Assembly (NCBI GenBank): GCA_944332005.1
Contig: CALVJD010000002.1
Coordinates: 3,836-67,835, forward strand
Origin: an uncultured Bacilli bacterium
GTDB lineage: Bacteria > Bacillota_I > Bacilli_A > RF39 > UBA660
Direction: 5' to 3'
Length of the DNA: 64,000 nt
Shown here: positions 39,622-49,793 of the stretch, one piece after another
Numbering within the stretch: the stretch's first letter is position 1
How the letters are laid out: every line of letters starts with the position of its first letter
Program-made: the position numbers and the translations under genes
Notes under the pieces: model-generated
Seen by the model: only the letters and a program-made list of their open reading frames with translations
Database searches by the model: none
Told to the model about the DNA's origin: nothing

Positions 39622-40254
39622 ATGCAAATATTAGCCATTTTACTTTATGCGATCTGGATTTTTATCAGTACTGCTTTTCGTGTTCTCTATCCGTTTTTCA
39701 TTTTGGCCTTTCTTTTTACTGTTGGTCGTATGATCTATCGTCATTATAAATATGGATATGATTATTTTTCTTTTTTAAAGAAACGTGAAGTGATCGATGC
39801 CAAGCGAGAAGTATTGTTACGTATGTTAGAAAAACAAGAGTTTGAAAGTATTGTTCTCGAAGATAAACAGTATCACTCTTCGCTTATTGCCATTACGGAA
39901 ATTGGAATCTTGTTATTTCAAATTTTCCCGTTTACAGGTGTTCATGTCGAAGGAAATAAAGAAGAGGGAGAATTTACTTACTGGGAAGCAAAAAATAAAA
40001 AGAAACGACTTCATAATCCTTTCTTGTTTCAGAAAGAAGATATGGAAAAGCTAAGAACCTTATTACCAGATGTACCATTATTTTCTTTCGTCGTATTCGA
40101 TAATTTGTCGATTTTGTTACTTTCTGGTGATTCGGAAAGTGAAGTTTTATACGTACAAGATTATTATTATAAATTAGAAAAGTTAGGAAAAAATAAAAAG
40201 CATCTTTATCAAATGGAAGACATGAAGAAGATGCATCAAGTATTAAAGGGATGA
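39622..40254 (+). CDS. NERD (nuclease-related domain) protein with N-terminal TM helices
   Basis: The NERD-like core pattern is IAITEIGILLFQI...EGEFTYWEA. Confidence 0.55.
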   Translation: MQILAILLYAIWIFISTAFRVLYPFFILAFLFTVGRMIYRHYKYGYDYFSFLKKREVIDAKREVLLRMLEKQEFESIVLEDKQYHSSLIAITEIGILLFQIFPFTGVHVEGNKEEGEFTYWEAKNKKKRLHNPFLFQKEDMEKLRTLLPDVPLFSFVVFDNLSILLLSGDSESEVLYVQDYYYKLEKLGKNKKHLYQMEDMKKMHQVLKG

Positions 40255-40258
40255 GAGA

Positions 40259-42103
40259 ATGGCAATTACGAAAACGAATTTTATTAATTATACACGTTGT
40301 CCACGTTATATTGCTTTAGAAGATATCAAAAAAGAAACGTTAGTTAGTTCCATCAGTTTAGAAGAGTATCGCAAGCAAGAAGAATGGGAAGATCTAAATG
40401 AAATTACGAGTTTGATGATCGATGAAAACGGAGAAGATTTGATCGATACGAAAAATGAACAGATGGAGATTATGCTTCCGTTTTATCGTCATGTGGAGTT
40501 GTTAGCAGGAAAGATCGCTCATCAATATTTTGATGGTAGCTTCGTATATTCCAAAGATACAGCTCATCAAGAAAGTTTCGATACGCTTATCGATGGCATT
40601 CGTTATTTGTGTTATGTCGATATTTATAATGAAGTAAAAAATACGTTTCGAATTATCGAAGTAAAAGCTACGACGAGTAACCAGTATCTCAGCTTGGGAA
40701 GTAAAGATCATTCTATTTTTCAAAAAAAAGTGGATGGTACGTATGCGTTATTAGAAGATTTGAATATGGATATTGCCGAATGGATGAGTCCCAACATTTA
40801 TGAACGAGAAAGAGCAAAATTGCTTGATCGTTATACATCGGTTGGGCATTATGTTTACGATTTAGCTGTGCAGAGATATATCATTGAACATGATTTGATG
40901 GAACATGGTCAAATAGATAAGATTCCGACGGTTCGTTATTATTTGGCCGTTTTAAATCATCGTTATGTTTTACCAAAAGAAAATGGAATTCCTACTTATC
41001 CAAAAGATGTAAATGGGAATGACGTTATTCTTTATCTTGATATGACAAGTGTAACAAAAGATATGCAAGATAAAATTGATCAAGATCGTAAACGAATCGA
41101 ACAATATCTTCAAGATTTAAATCAGAATCCTTATCCAATTGGACTATACTGTGAAAAGAAAAAGACGACGAAATGCAAATTTATTCCGGTTTGTTGGAAC
41201 ATCGTTCCTGAACAGAATTCTCTTTTTGCTTATCTCGATAACCACTTTGGTTTTAAAGATCCAAATGGCGTGAAACATACGACTTTTGAACTTGTCAATG
41301 ATGGCTATGTCAAGATGACCGATTTGCCAGAAACTTATTTGACGCGAGAGAAAAATAAAATTCAAAGGAATGTTGTTATGAATCATAAACCTTATATCAA
41401 TCGAAAAAAAATTGCCGATGGAATTAGCAACATTCATTATCCCATCTATCATTTGGATTTTGAAACCTTTAATTCACCACTTCCTCGTTTTTATGGCGAA
41501 AGTCCTTATACCCAATCGGTTTTCCAATTTTCTCTACATATTGAAAAAGAACCAGGAGTATGTGATAAAGAGCAAGATCACTATGGTTATTTAGCTCCTG
41601 ATCATTTGGATCATCGTTTGGATTTGGTTCAAAAATTATGTGAATGGATCGATACCGATCATGGTGGGACAATCTTGGTTTACAACGAATCCTTCGAAAA
41701 AACACGTCTCAAGGAACTTGCTAATATTTTCCCAGAATATCGAACGAAATTGTTGAAAATGAGAGATATGATTTTTGATTTGATGTATGTAATCAGAGGA
41801 AATACCAAACTTTATGAAGCATTGGGTTATTCATTGGAAGAGGCCAAACAGTTTAATTATTATCATGAATATATGAATGGTTCTTTCTCGATCAAGAAGA
41901 TTTTACCTTTATTTAGTAATCTTACCTATCAGGGAATGGAAGTGAGTAATGGAACGGAAGCGATGGTTACTTATGCTTCTTTTCCAAAACTAGAACCGAA
42001 AATTTATGAATATAAATATCAAAAATTAGTAGAATATTGTAAGCAAGATACTTGGGCAATGGTGGAAATTCTTGCCGGTTTAAGAAAGTTAGGAGATGAT
42101 TAA
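40259..42103 (+). CDS. Cas4/RecB-like PD-(D/E)xK nuclease domain fused to DUF2779
   Basis: N-terminal Cys (YTRCPRY), a D..E.K motif (YVDIYNEVK...IIEVK), and a C-terminal Cys triad (CEKKKTTKCKFIPVC) typical of Fe-S RecB-family nucleases. The C-terminal half is DUF2779-like. Confidence 0.55.
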   Translation: MAITKTNFINYTRCPRYIALEDIKKETLVSSISLEEYRKQEEWEDLNEITSLMIDENGEDLIDTKNEQMEIMLPFYRHVELLAGKIAHQYFDGSFVYSKDTAHQESFDTLIDGIRYLCYVDIYNEVKNTFRIIEVKATTSNQYLSLGSKDHSIFQKKVDGTYALLEDLNMDIAEWMSPNIYERERAKLLDRYTSVGHYVYDLAVQRYIIEHDLMEHGQIDKIPTVRYYLAVLNHRYVLPKENGIPTYPKDVNGNDVILYLDMTSVTKDMQDKIDQDRKRIEQYLQDLNQNPYPIGLYCEKKKTTKCKFIPVCWNIVPEQNSLFAYLDNHFGFKDPNGVKHTTFELVNDGYVKMTDLPETYLTREKNKIQRNVVMNHKPYINRKKIADGISNIHYPIYHLDFETFNSPLPRFYGESPYTQSVFQFSLHIEKEPGVCDKEQDHYGYLAPDHLDHRLDLVQKLCEWIDTDHGGTILVYNESFEKTRLKELANIFPEYRTKLLKMRDMIFDLMYVIRGNTKLYEALGYSLEEAKQFNYYHEYMNGSFSIKKILPLFSNLTYQGMEVSNGTEAMVTYASFPKLEPKIYEYKYQKLVEYCKQDTWAMVEILAGLRKLGDD

Positions 42104-42610
42104 ATGAAAAAAGAAGAAGGAATGAGTATTGTAGTATCAGCTCTATTTCTAATTTTAGGAATTATTTTATTTACGAATCCTGGTGGAGTTGTACAGTTTA
42201 TCGCATATATTGTAGGAGGATTTTTTGCTTTACTAGGTGTCATTTATTTATTTAAATACTATCGTTCTTCTGATCGAAAAGCAAATATGGATAGTTTATA
42301 TAGTGGTATCATTAGTGTGATGATTGGTATTATCGTCATGTTTTGTGCTGGTGCGATCGAACTAGCTATTCGCCTTTTATTAGGTAGTTGGATTCTATAT
42401 CGTTCCATCATTACGATGAAGCATGCGATCGATCTAAAAAACTTACAAGTAGTCACTTGGAAGAGGGGACTTGTGATTGCCATTCTTTTATTTATATGTG
42501 GACTTTATATCGTTCTTCGCTCTAATTTGGTGCTATCAACGATTGGTTTACTTTTAATTATCTATGCGATTACTGAAATCGTCGGCGTTATATGTTCTAT
42601 TGTAAAATAA
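42104..42610 (+). CDS. DUF308/HdeD-like membrane protein
   Basis: Polytopic small membrane protein with an HdeD-like repeat pattern. Confidence 0.55.
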   Translation: MKKEEGMSIVVSALFLILGIILFTNPGGVVQFIAYIVGGFFALLGVIYLFKYYRSSDRKANMDSLYSGIISVMIGIIVMFCAGAIELAIRLLLGSWILYRSIITMKHAIDLKNLQVVTWKRGLVIAILLFICGLYIVLRSNLVLSTIGLLLIIYAITEIVGVICSIVK

Positions 42611-42680
42611 TGTCAAAATAAGAGGATTTCCTTGAAAGTACAAAAAATATAATATATGATTAAATTAAGGAGAGTGAAAT

Positions 42681-42881
42681 ATGATATATCCATCAATCGA
42701 TAAATTATTGGGTCAAGTAGGATCTAAATATTTACTCGTCAATATTGTAGCAAAACGTGCCAAAGAGATGCAGGAAACAGGTCACTATCAATTAAAAGAG
42801 AGTGAATATGTTTCCAAAAAGAATATTGGTAGAGCATTAGAAGAAGTAGCAAAAGACTTAATTCATTTACATAATGATTAA
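42681..42881 (+). CDS. rpoZ: DNA-directed RNA polymerase subunit omega
   Basis: 66 aa; IDKLLGQVGSKYLLVNIVAKRAKEM is a typical RpoZ pattern. Confidence 0.85.
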   Translation: MIYPSIDKLLGQVGSKYLLVNIVAKRAKEMQETGHYQLKESEYVSKKNIGRALEEVAKDLIHLHND

Positions 42882-42938
42882 GTCTTTTTTATCGTTGTAA
42901 CCAAAACAAATGTTTGCTATAATAGAAATGGTGGTTAT

Positions 42939-43718
42939 ATGAAAGTAGAAAAAATAAAAAAAACGAATAGTGGAAAATATCGTATTGAGTTCGATAACCA
43001 CGAGAAATTCGTTACTTATGATGATGTCATTCTAAAAAATCATTTATTATTTCAGAAGGAAGTCAATAGTAAAACTTTGGTGGAACTGACGAAAGATACG
43101 GAATATTATGATATTTATAATAAATTGATCAAAATGATCACGACGAAATTACGTAGTAAAAAGGAAGTATATGAATACTTGAAAAAGAGAATGGTTGATC
43201 CGAAGGATCAAGAGACGATCATCCAAAAATTAACGGATTTAGGACTTATCAATGATCGCAATTTTAGTGCAGCTTACGCGAGCGATCGTCTTTATTTAAG
43301 CAATGATGGCCCTAATAAAATAAAAGGAGATCTTTATCGTTTCGGTGTAGAAGAGAACGTTGTAGAAGATGTGATGTCGTCTTTAGATGAAGAAGAGATT
43401 ACGAATAAGTTACGCAAGATTATTACTAAAAAAATGAATCATAATCATAAGTATTCTAGTTATGTATTAAAACAGAAGCTAGCAGTTGAACTTGTCAACT
43501 TAGGTTATGATCGTGACATGATTCTTTCCCTTTATGATGAGTTAAATACTGGTATTGATAAAAGTTCTGTTTTAGAAAAGGAATATCAAAAGCAATTTCA
43601 AAAATGGAGTCGTAAATATGAAGGAAAAGAACTTTATCAAAAAATCAAAGAAAAATTATATCAAAAAAGATTTGATATCAACGAGATCAATTCTTACTTG
43701 GCGGAAAAAGACATATGA
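42939..43718 (+). CDS. recX: recombination regulator RecX
   Basis: 259 aa with three RecX helical repeats. Confidence 0.8.
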   Translation: MKVEKIKKTNSGKYRIEFDNHEKFVTYDDVILKNHLLFQKEVNSKTLVELTKDTEYYDIYNKLIKMITTKLRSKKEVYEYLKKRMVDPKDQETIIQKLTDLGLINDRNFSAAYASDRLYLSNDGPNKIKGDLYRFGVEENVVEDVMSSLDEEEITNKLRKIITKKMNHNHKYSSYVLKQKLAVELVNLGYDRDMILSLYDELNTGIDKSSVLEKEYQKQFQKWSRKYEGKELYQKIKEKLYQKRFDINEINSYLAEKDI

Positions 43719-43756
43719 TGTCTTTTTTGATTACAAAAAAATAGACACAGCAATGT

Positions 43757-44119
43757 CTATTTTAATTTTTCGTATATTTCTTCGACAGGAAGAATTGTTT
43801 GCTTTTCTTTATAGTATGGCTTAAGATGTAAGTGAAAGTGTTTGACGATTTGAATATCACCATTATTTTGAATAAGAGTCAAACCGTCTGGGTTTAATCG
43901 TTCTTCTAAATGATGTTTCATTTTCTTCGTGACATTTAGAATATGATTCCAAGTGTCTATATCCATGTCATTTAAATCTAAAATATGTTTTTTGGGAACG
44001 ATCAAACAGTGGCCATTACTATCTGGATTGAGATCCATAAAGCATCTTACAATGTCGTCTTCATATAATGTATAAGAATTGGTTTCTCCGCCTGCGATTT
44101 TACAAAATAAGCAATTCAT
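43757..44119 (-). CDS. HIT-family protein
   Basis: Histidine triad HFHLHL. The start at 44119 follows the RBS ggaga. Confidence 0.85.
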   Translation of the reverse strand: MNCLFCKIAGGETNSYTLYEDDIVRCFMDLNPDSNGHCLIVPKKHILDLNDMDIDTWNHILNVTKKMKHHLEERLNPDGLTLIQNNGDIQIVKHFHLHLKPYYKEKQTILPVEEIYEKLK

Positions 44120-44182
44120 ATCATCATCTCCATCTTTATTGTAACAAAATTTTCTTATAATCACAATAAGAACTTGGGGAAG

Positions 44183-45145
44183 TTACATATTTGGTATCAG
44201 AAGCTGTTGCCCAACATTTAAAAAATCACTGGTTAAATGATTGAGAGATTTAATTTGATCGACTGTGGTACCAAATCTTTTTGCAATCGACCATAGAGAA
44301 TCTCCAGCTACCACTGTATAAATAGTAGTAGTTTGCTCAGAAGTGGGGATTTTTAGTTGTTGTCCAATTTGAAGGATATCGCTGGTCAAATTGTTGAGAG
44401 ATTTAATTTGATCGACCGTAGTACCAAATCTTTTTGCAATTGACCATAGAGAATCTCCAGCTACCACTGTATAAATAGTAGTAGTTTGCTCAGAAGTTGG
44501 GATTTTTAGTTGCTGTCCGATTTGAAGGACATCACTGGTCAAATGATTGAGAGATTTAATTTGATCGACTGTGGTACCAAATCTTTTTGCAATCGACCAT
44601 AGAGAATCCCCGGCAACGACGTTATAAATAATATATTGATCATTCTCATCTCCTTCACAAATGGCGAGTGGGGAATATAGACTGGATAATGCACTCCATG
44701 TGTTACGTCCAACGATACCATCTGGCGTTAAATTATTATTGGTTTGAAATCTTTTTACGGCATTTTCGGTACTAGTTCCAAAATTACCATCGATTTCTCC
44801 AGTATAATATAATAAGGTTTTTAACGTGGATTGTAGTTCGGTTACATAAGGCCCCGTGCTTCCTAGTCTTAAAACAGGTCGTGTATCGTATGTGGCGGGC
44901 GATAGTTCATCCGTCAATTGATATAATTTTTGCCATGTTTCTTCGTTTACGACACCACTAGCAATCAATCCATTTTGCTTTTGAAAATCCATGACAGCAC
45001 GTTCGGTATACTCGTCAAAACTTCCGGTGATACTAGCGAAAAAATAGGCTAGATCTTTTAATTTACTTTGTAAAATAATGACGTCATCGCCAGTATCTCC
45101 TTCGCTTATGATGGGATTTAATACGTTATACTCATTCGTATTCAT
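44183..45145 (-). CDS. cell-wall-binding protein with two PG_binding_1 repeats and three LysM repeats
   Basis: N-terminal peptidoglycan-binding repeats followed by three tandem LysM modules (YTVVAGDSLWSIAKRFGTTVDQIKSLN). Confidence 0.85.
   Translation of the reverse strand: MNTNEYNVLNPIISEGDTGDDVIILQSKLKDLAYFFASITGSFDEYTERAVMDFQKQNGLIASGVVNEETWQKLYQLTDELSPATYDTRPVLRLGSTGPYVTELQSTLKTLLYYTGEIDGNFGTSTENAVKRFQTNNNLTPDGIVGRNTWSALSSLYSPLAICEGDENDQYIIYNVVAGDSLWSIAKRFGTTVDQIKSLNHLTSDVLQIGQQLKIPTSEQTTTIYTVVAGDSLWSIAKRFGTTVDQIKSLNNLTSDILQIGQQLKIPTSEQTTTIYTVVAGDSLWSIAKRFGTTVDQIKSLNHLTSDFLNVGQQLLIPNM
44225..44612. repeat. tandem direct repeat of about 153 bp, roughly 2.5 copies, near-identical at the DNA level (LysM modules)
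   Basis: Long identical strings such as ttgatcgactgtggtaccaaatctttttgcaatcgaccatagagaatc recur with a 153 bp period. Confidence 0.85.
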
Positions 45146-45247
45146 AACATAACCTCCATTACCTATTATATTATTCTAACTAGAAAAAATGCATTTTAGT
45201 TTTGTATTCGCATATATTAGTGGTGATGAGAGAAAGGATTTGAGAAT

Positions 45248-46468
45248 GTGGCAAGCGGACGTTTAGTAGTTCAAGTATTTGTCGATAATGTCGCGTTACC
45301 ATTAGAAGGAGCAATGGTGACGATTAGTGGAGAAGATACCGATCTCAATTTAATGACCGATGAATCAGGTAGAACAAGTGTTGTAGAATTAAAGGCTCCT
45401 GATTTAGAATATACATTGGAACCACAAAATACAGTTCAACCATTTAGTACGTATGATATTACCGTTTATAAAGAAGGATTAGGAGTTGGAACGGTAATCG
45501 GAGCTCAAGTATATGCTGGAATCGAATCGATTCAAGATGTCTTTCTTAGTACCACTCCGGGTGGGTCTGGAAAGAATGTGACGGTGGTGACACCACCTGC
45601 TATTTGGGCGAATGACCCATCTAAAATAGTACAGAACCCCAATGCCTTTCTTGGAAGTGGAAGAGTGCTTCCAAGAGTGATTGTTCCGGGGTATATTATT
45701 GTTCATGATGGAATACCAAGTGATACAAATGCACCAAATTATTATGTGACATTCCCAGATTATATTAAGAATGTTGCATCTTCAGAAATATATCCTACGT
45801 GGCCTAGAGAGACGTTGAAGGCCAATGTTCATGCGATTGTATCATTCACATTAAATCGTGTTTATACAGAATGGTACTTTTCGAAAGGTTATCCTTTTAC
45901 GATTACTTCTTCGACAGCATATGATCAAAAATATACGCATAATCGTACGATTTTTGATACCATTTCAGAAGTGGTAGATGAATATTTTGACGAATACTTA
46001 AAATTTCCTGATCGTTCGTTTCCCTTTTTAGCTCAGTATAGTGATGGTATCAAAGTAGTAAGAGATGGATGGCTCAGTCAATGGGGATCGAAAACATTAG
46101 GTGATCAAGGTTATAACTCATTACAGATTGTCAGATATTATTATGGTAATACGATTCAATTAGCGGTAGCGGAAGTTGTTTCTGACCTTCCAACATCATT
46201 TCCAGGTTATAATTTGAGTGAAGGTGCATGTGGAGAAGAGGTACAATTACTGCAAAATGCTTTGAATAAAATTCGCGGCAGTTATCCAGCAATCCCACTT
46301 ATTTCAAATGCCAATGGTGTATTTGGCTCTGATACTACTGCGGCGGTCAAAAAATTTCAATCGGTATTTAATTTACCGGTTACAGGTATTGTCAATTTTG
46401 CAACTTGGTATCGTATATCTGCAATTTATGCAGCTGTTTCTAATATGCTAAAAGGTATTTTTGAATAA
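45248..46468 (+). CDS. cell-wall protein with a C-terminal peptidoglycan-binding (PG_binding_1) domain; GTG start
   Basis: C-terminal CGEEVQLLQNALN...FGSDTTAAVKKFQ. The N-terminal and central domains were not recognised. Confidence 0.6.
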   Translation: MASGRLVVQVFVDNVALPLEGAMVTISGEDTDLNLMTDESGRTSVVELKAPDLEYTLEPQNTVQPFSTYDITVYKEGLGVGTVIGAQVYAGIESIQDVFLSTTPGGSGKNVTVVTPPAIWANDPSKIVQNPNAFLGSGRVLPRVIVPGYIIVHDGIPSDTNAPNYYVTFPDYIKNVASSEIYPTWPRETLKANVHAIVSFTLNRVYTEWYFSKGYPFTITSSTAYDQKYTHNRTIFDTISEVVDEYFDEYLKFPDRSFPFLAQYSDGIKVVRDGWLSQWGSKTLGDQGYNSLQIVRYYYGNTIQLAVAEVVSDLPTSFPGYNLSEGACGEEVQLLQNALNKIRGSYPAIPLISNANGVFGSDTTAAVKKFQSVFNLPVTGIVNFATWYRISAIYAAVSNMLKGIFE

Positions 46469-46473
46469 TTTAA

Positions 46474-46507
46474 AAAAGAAAGAACGTTTAGGTCCTTTCT
46501 TTTTTAA
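46474..46507 (+). terminator. rho-independent terminator
   Basis: aaagaaag..ctttcttt followed by a T-run. Confidence 0.65.
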
Positions 46508-46682
46508 GAATCATTTCATTCTGACATGAATATCTGCGAATATTCTATTTTTATATTGTCCAGATTTACAAAAAATATGCATATTCAAAAATTTCCATGT
46601 TAAAAATTGGTGAGTTCTTTTGCTTTTTCTTTTGCATAGTTAGTTTCTTCCTATCCAGACTATAAATGGAAAGGAAGGTAAT

Positions 46683-47417
46683 ATGAAAAAGTTTTTACAA
46701 GTATGTATCTTAGCGTTTGCGATCATTCCTTTTATCGATGTCGATGCTGCTTCTATAACGGTTCACAATCAAACGGAATTAAAAGAAGCCATTGGTAATT
46801 CTGATATTAGCGAAATTGTTTTGGCAAACGATATTGAGACAACGGAAAAGATCAATATTTTGCGTCCGCTTAAAATCAATGGTAATGGCTATACGATGAA
46901 GTATGTTGGAACCTTTGGTTCAGCAGGAAGTTCCGATTATACCGTATGGGGCGGAATTTACGTCTTACAAGTTTATAAAACAGAAGTAACGCTAAAAAAT
47001 ATTCGTCTTACCGGCGGAAATGGTGGACTTTTGATCAATGGTGGTAAAGTTACTGTTGAAGGTACATTAGATGTTTCTGGTAATGGTTTTGGCGGTATTG
47101 AACTTGGTCAAGGTGCAGCTGTTGAGAGTGTCGCCCATCTTGTACTTGCATCTGATGGTAAAATTGTCAATACAACGGAGACAGAAGATCGTCCAACATT
47201 ATGGGTACCAACGGATTCTACGGGATCCATTCTAGAGATTAATGGTAAACAAATGACGTTGGAAGCAGATAAAGAGATTACATTAGCGGATCTTGACAGT
47301 TTGATAAACCCACCTGAAAATCCAAGTACAGGGGATTTATTGCCACTTTATGGAGTAATTACATTAATCGGTAGTACGATCTTACTACTTACTAAAAAAT
47401 GGAATTATGAAAATTAA
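46683..47417 (+). CDS. sortase-anchored surface protein with a Gly-rich parallel beta-helix-like body (NPSTG sorting motif)
   Basis: Signal peptide, GGxGG repeats, and a C-terminal NPSTG, hydrophobic segment and KK tail. A sortase B gene is adjacent. Confidence 0.7.
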   Translation: MKKFLQVCILAFAIIPFIDVDAASITVHNQTELKEAIGNSDISEIVLANDIETTEKINILRPLKINGNGYTMKYVGTFGSAGSSDYTVWGGIYVLQVYKTEVTLKNIRLTGGNGGLLINGGKVTVEGTLDVSGNGFGGIELGQGAAVESVAHLVLASDGKIVNTTETEDRPTLWVPTDSTGSILEINGKQMTLEADKEITLADLDSLINPPENPSTGDLLPLYGVITLIGSTILLLTKKWNYEN

Positions 47418-47443
47418 GAAATTCATTTACGAATTTCTTTTTT
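47416..47443. terminator. bidirectional terminator hairpin between convergent genes
   Basis: aagaaattc-atttac-gaatttctt with flanking A/T runs. Confidence 0.6.
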
Positions 47444-48166
47444 GATGAGCTTCGCATGTACGACTAAACGATTTTGATTGTCGTCCTGACAAGTGGAAAG
47501 GGTTAGAATTTGATCGTTTGGATAGAGCGTGGTGCCGAATGAGTAAATACTTCTTCTTTGAATGGCCTTTAGATATTGTTGCCATTTCTGGTCGTTTTCA
47601 AAAAAAGTAGTAAGATAATAGGTTTCTGGTTTGATTGTATAAATAGAAACGATTTCATAAAGGCGATCCTCTTTTAGAGTTGATAATTGAATTTGATGAG
47701 ATTGATTTTGAATAAACCAATCTTCCTCTAACAAAAGGCGAAGACTTCCAAACATACTATTATCTAATCTACCATGACCATAGAGAATGATGTTTTGATC
47801 GGATAGAGAAGAAGGGTTACGATAATCTGCAAAAATCCACCCGGCCTTACTTGTTTTTTTATGAAAATCATGATTGAGATAAAATTGATTATCAAAGCTT
47901 TGAACGATTGGATAATCGACATTGGTGTTTTCAATTTTAATCCATCCAATGACGTCTTCATTTTGGGAAGTAAGAGTAGAAAAATCGATGGATAAAAAAG
48001 GAGATGGTTCCGTTTGTTCCACTGGATCAATTATGGCATCTGTTCTCAGTTTGTCTTGTAGCTTTTTAGAATCATGACTTTCTTGAAACCAATCAAATAT
48101 TTGCAAGCTTCCAAATAAAAGCAATGTCATACCTAGTATCAAAAGAAATCGTTTTCCATTTTTCAT
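47423..48166 (-). CDS. srtB: class B sortase
   Basis: TLSTC active-site motif, a conserved His, and an N-terminal anchor. The start at 48166 follows ggtga. Confidence 0.8.
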   Translation of the reverse strand: MKNGKRFLLILGMTLLLFGSLQIFDWFQESHDSKKLQDKLRTDAIIDPVEQTEPSPFLSIDFSTLTSQNEDVIGWIKIENTNVDYPIVQSFDNQFYLNHDFHKKTSKAGWIFADYRNPSSLSDQNIILYGHGRLDNSMFGSLRLLLEEDWFIQNQSHQIQLSTLKEDRLYEIVSIYTIKPETYYLTTFFENDQKWQQYLKAIQRRSIYSFGTTLYPNDQILTLSTCQDDNQNRLVVHAKLIKKEIRK

Positions 48167-48511
48167 ATCATCACCATTTTTAGTATGGAAGAGAACAAAA
48201 AAACGATACATTCTATTCAATTTTATTGTAGAAGAAGTTATTTTCTGGTAAAATAAAAGTGTTTGAAAGAATACTATGTATCGAGATCAGGTTTTAAAAA
48301 TATAAGTTTAATGATTCAAAATAGAGAAAAAAGAAAAATGATAATTATAAGAAGAGTATAAAAAGGTTTTAATTGGGACTTATATTATAATAGAAATGAT
48401 GGGATATGAATAAACTAAAAGTAGTGAATGATAAAATCGTATCACGTGAATTAGATAGTCAGTTGGAATAGAGGCTGATTTCTATTTTGGAAAGAGTTTG
48501 GAGGTGAATAT

Positions 48512-49705
48512 ATGAATCGAGAGGATTTTCCCATTTTAAAAAACGAACTGATTTATTTTGATAATGGGGCAACTAGTTTGAAACCTCAGTGTATGATCGA
48601 TGCAGTGGTGGATTATTATATGAATTATACTGCCAATGCTCATCGCGGTGACTATGACAATAGTTTAAAAGTAGATGCGATCTATGATTACACAAGAGAA
48701 ATCGTTAAAAATTTCATTCATGCTGAGCAAAAGGAAGAAATTATTTTTACGAGTGGAACGACCGATTCTTTAAATCGCGTCATTTTTGGATATTTTGGCG
48801 TTTATCTAAAAGAGGGTGATGAAGTTTTAATTACGAAAAGTGAACATGCATCGAATGTACTACCTTGGTTTGAACTTGCTGATTTAAAGAAGATCAAAGT
48901 TTCTTATATCGAATTAGACGAGAATCTTCATGTGACGTTGGAACATGTTAAAGCTGCTATTACTCCACGCACGAAAGTCATTAGTTTAGCGCAGGTTACG
49001 AATGTAATTGGCGATATCCGTCCGATCAAAGAGATCAGCAAACTTGCTCATCAAAATGATATTTTGATCGTGGTTGATGGCGCACAGAGTGCGGCTCATA
49101 TGAAAGTCGATGTGTGTGATATGGGAGCCGATTTTTTCGCTTTTTCAGGGCATAAAATGTGTGGACCAACGGGGATTGGAATTTTGTATGGCAGAAGAGA
49201 GTTACTAAATAATATGCGACCTTTAGAGTTTGGTGGGGGTATGAATGCGACCTTTTCACCTAATGGTTTTCGGGTCTATGAAGAGGTACCAGAACTTTTT
49301 GAAGCTGGAACACAGCATATTGCTGGTGTAATTGGGCTTGGACGGGCAATTCAATATCTGAGTGAGATAGGAATGGATTTTATTCATAAACATGAATTAG
49401 AACTACGTAAATATGCAATTTGTCGTTTGAAGGAAATACCAGAAATCATTATTTATAACGAAAAAAGTGAAAGTGGTATTTTAGCCATTAATTATCAAGA
49501 TATTTTTGCTCAAGATTTGGGAATTTATCTCAATCACTACCATATTTGTGTAAGAAGTGGTAATCATTGTGCGAAAATTTTAAGAGAAGATATGGGAATT
49601 AAAAATACTTGTCGCGTCAGTTTTTACTTTTATAATACGTTTGAAGAAATCGATCGTATGATAGAAGTGTTGAAAAATCCAAATATCAAAAACGACATTA
49701 TTTAG
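48512..49705 (+). CDS. cysteine desulfurase (class V aminotransferase, SufS/Csd-like)
   Basis: PLP lysine motif SGHKMCGPTGIG and VRSGNHCA near the C-terminus. Confidence 0.85.
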   Translation: MNREDFPILKNELIYFDNGATSLKPQCMIDAVVDYYMNYTANAHRGDYDNSLKVDAIYDYTREIVKNFIHAEQKEEIIFTSGTTDSLNRVIFGYFGVYLKEGDEVLITKSEHASNVLPWFELADLKKIKVSYIELDENLHVTLEHVKAAITPRTKVISLAQVTNVIGDIRPIKEISKLAHQNDILIVVDGAQSAAHMKVDVCDMGADFFAFSGHKMCGPTGIGILYGRRELLNNMRPLEFGGGMNATFSPNGFRVYEEVPELFEAGTQHIAGVIGLGRAIQYLSEIGMDFIHKHELELRKYAICRLKEIPEIIIYNEKSESGILAINYQDIFAQDLGIYLNHYHICVRSGNHCAKILREDMGIKNTCRVSFYFYNTFEEIDRMIEVLKNPNIKNDII

Positions 49706-49793
49706 ATCATTGAGAGCTTAGAAATAGGCTCTTTTTCTTGAAGAAAAAAGACGGTTATGTTATAATCTAAATAGATAACATAGGAGGTATTAC

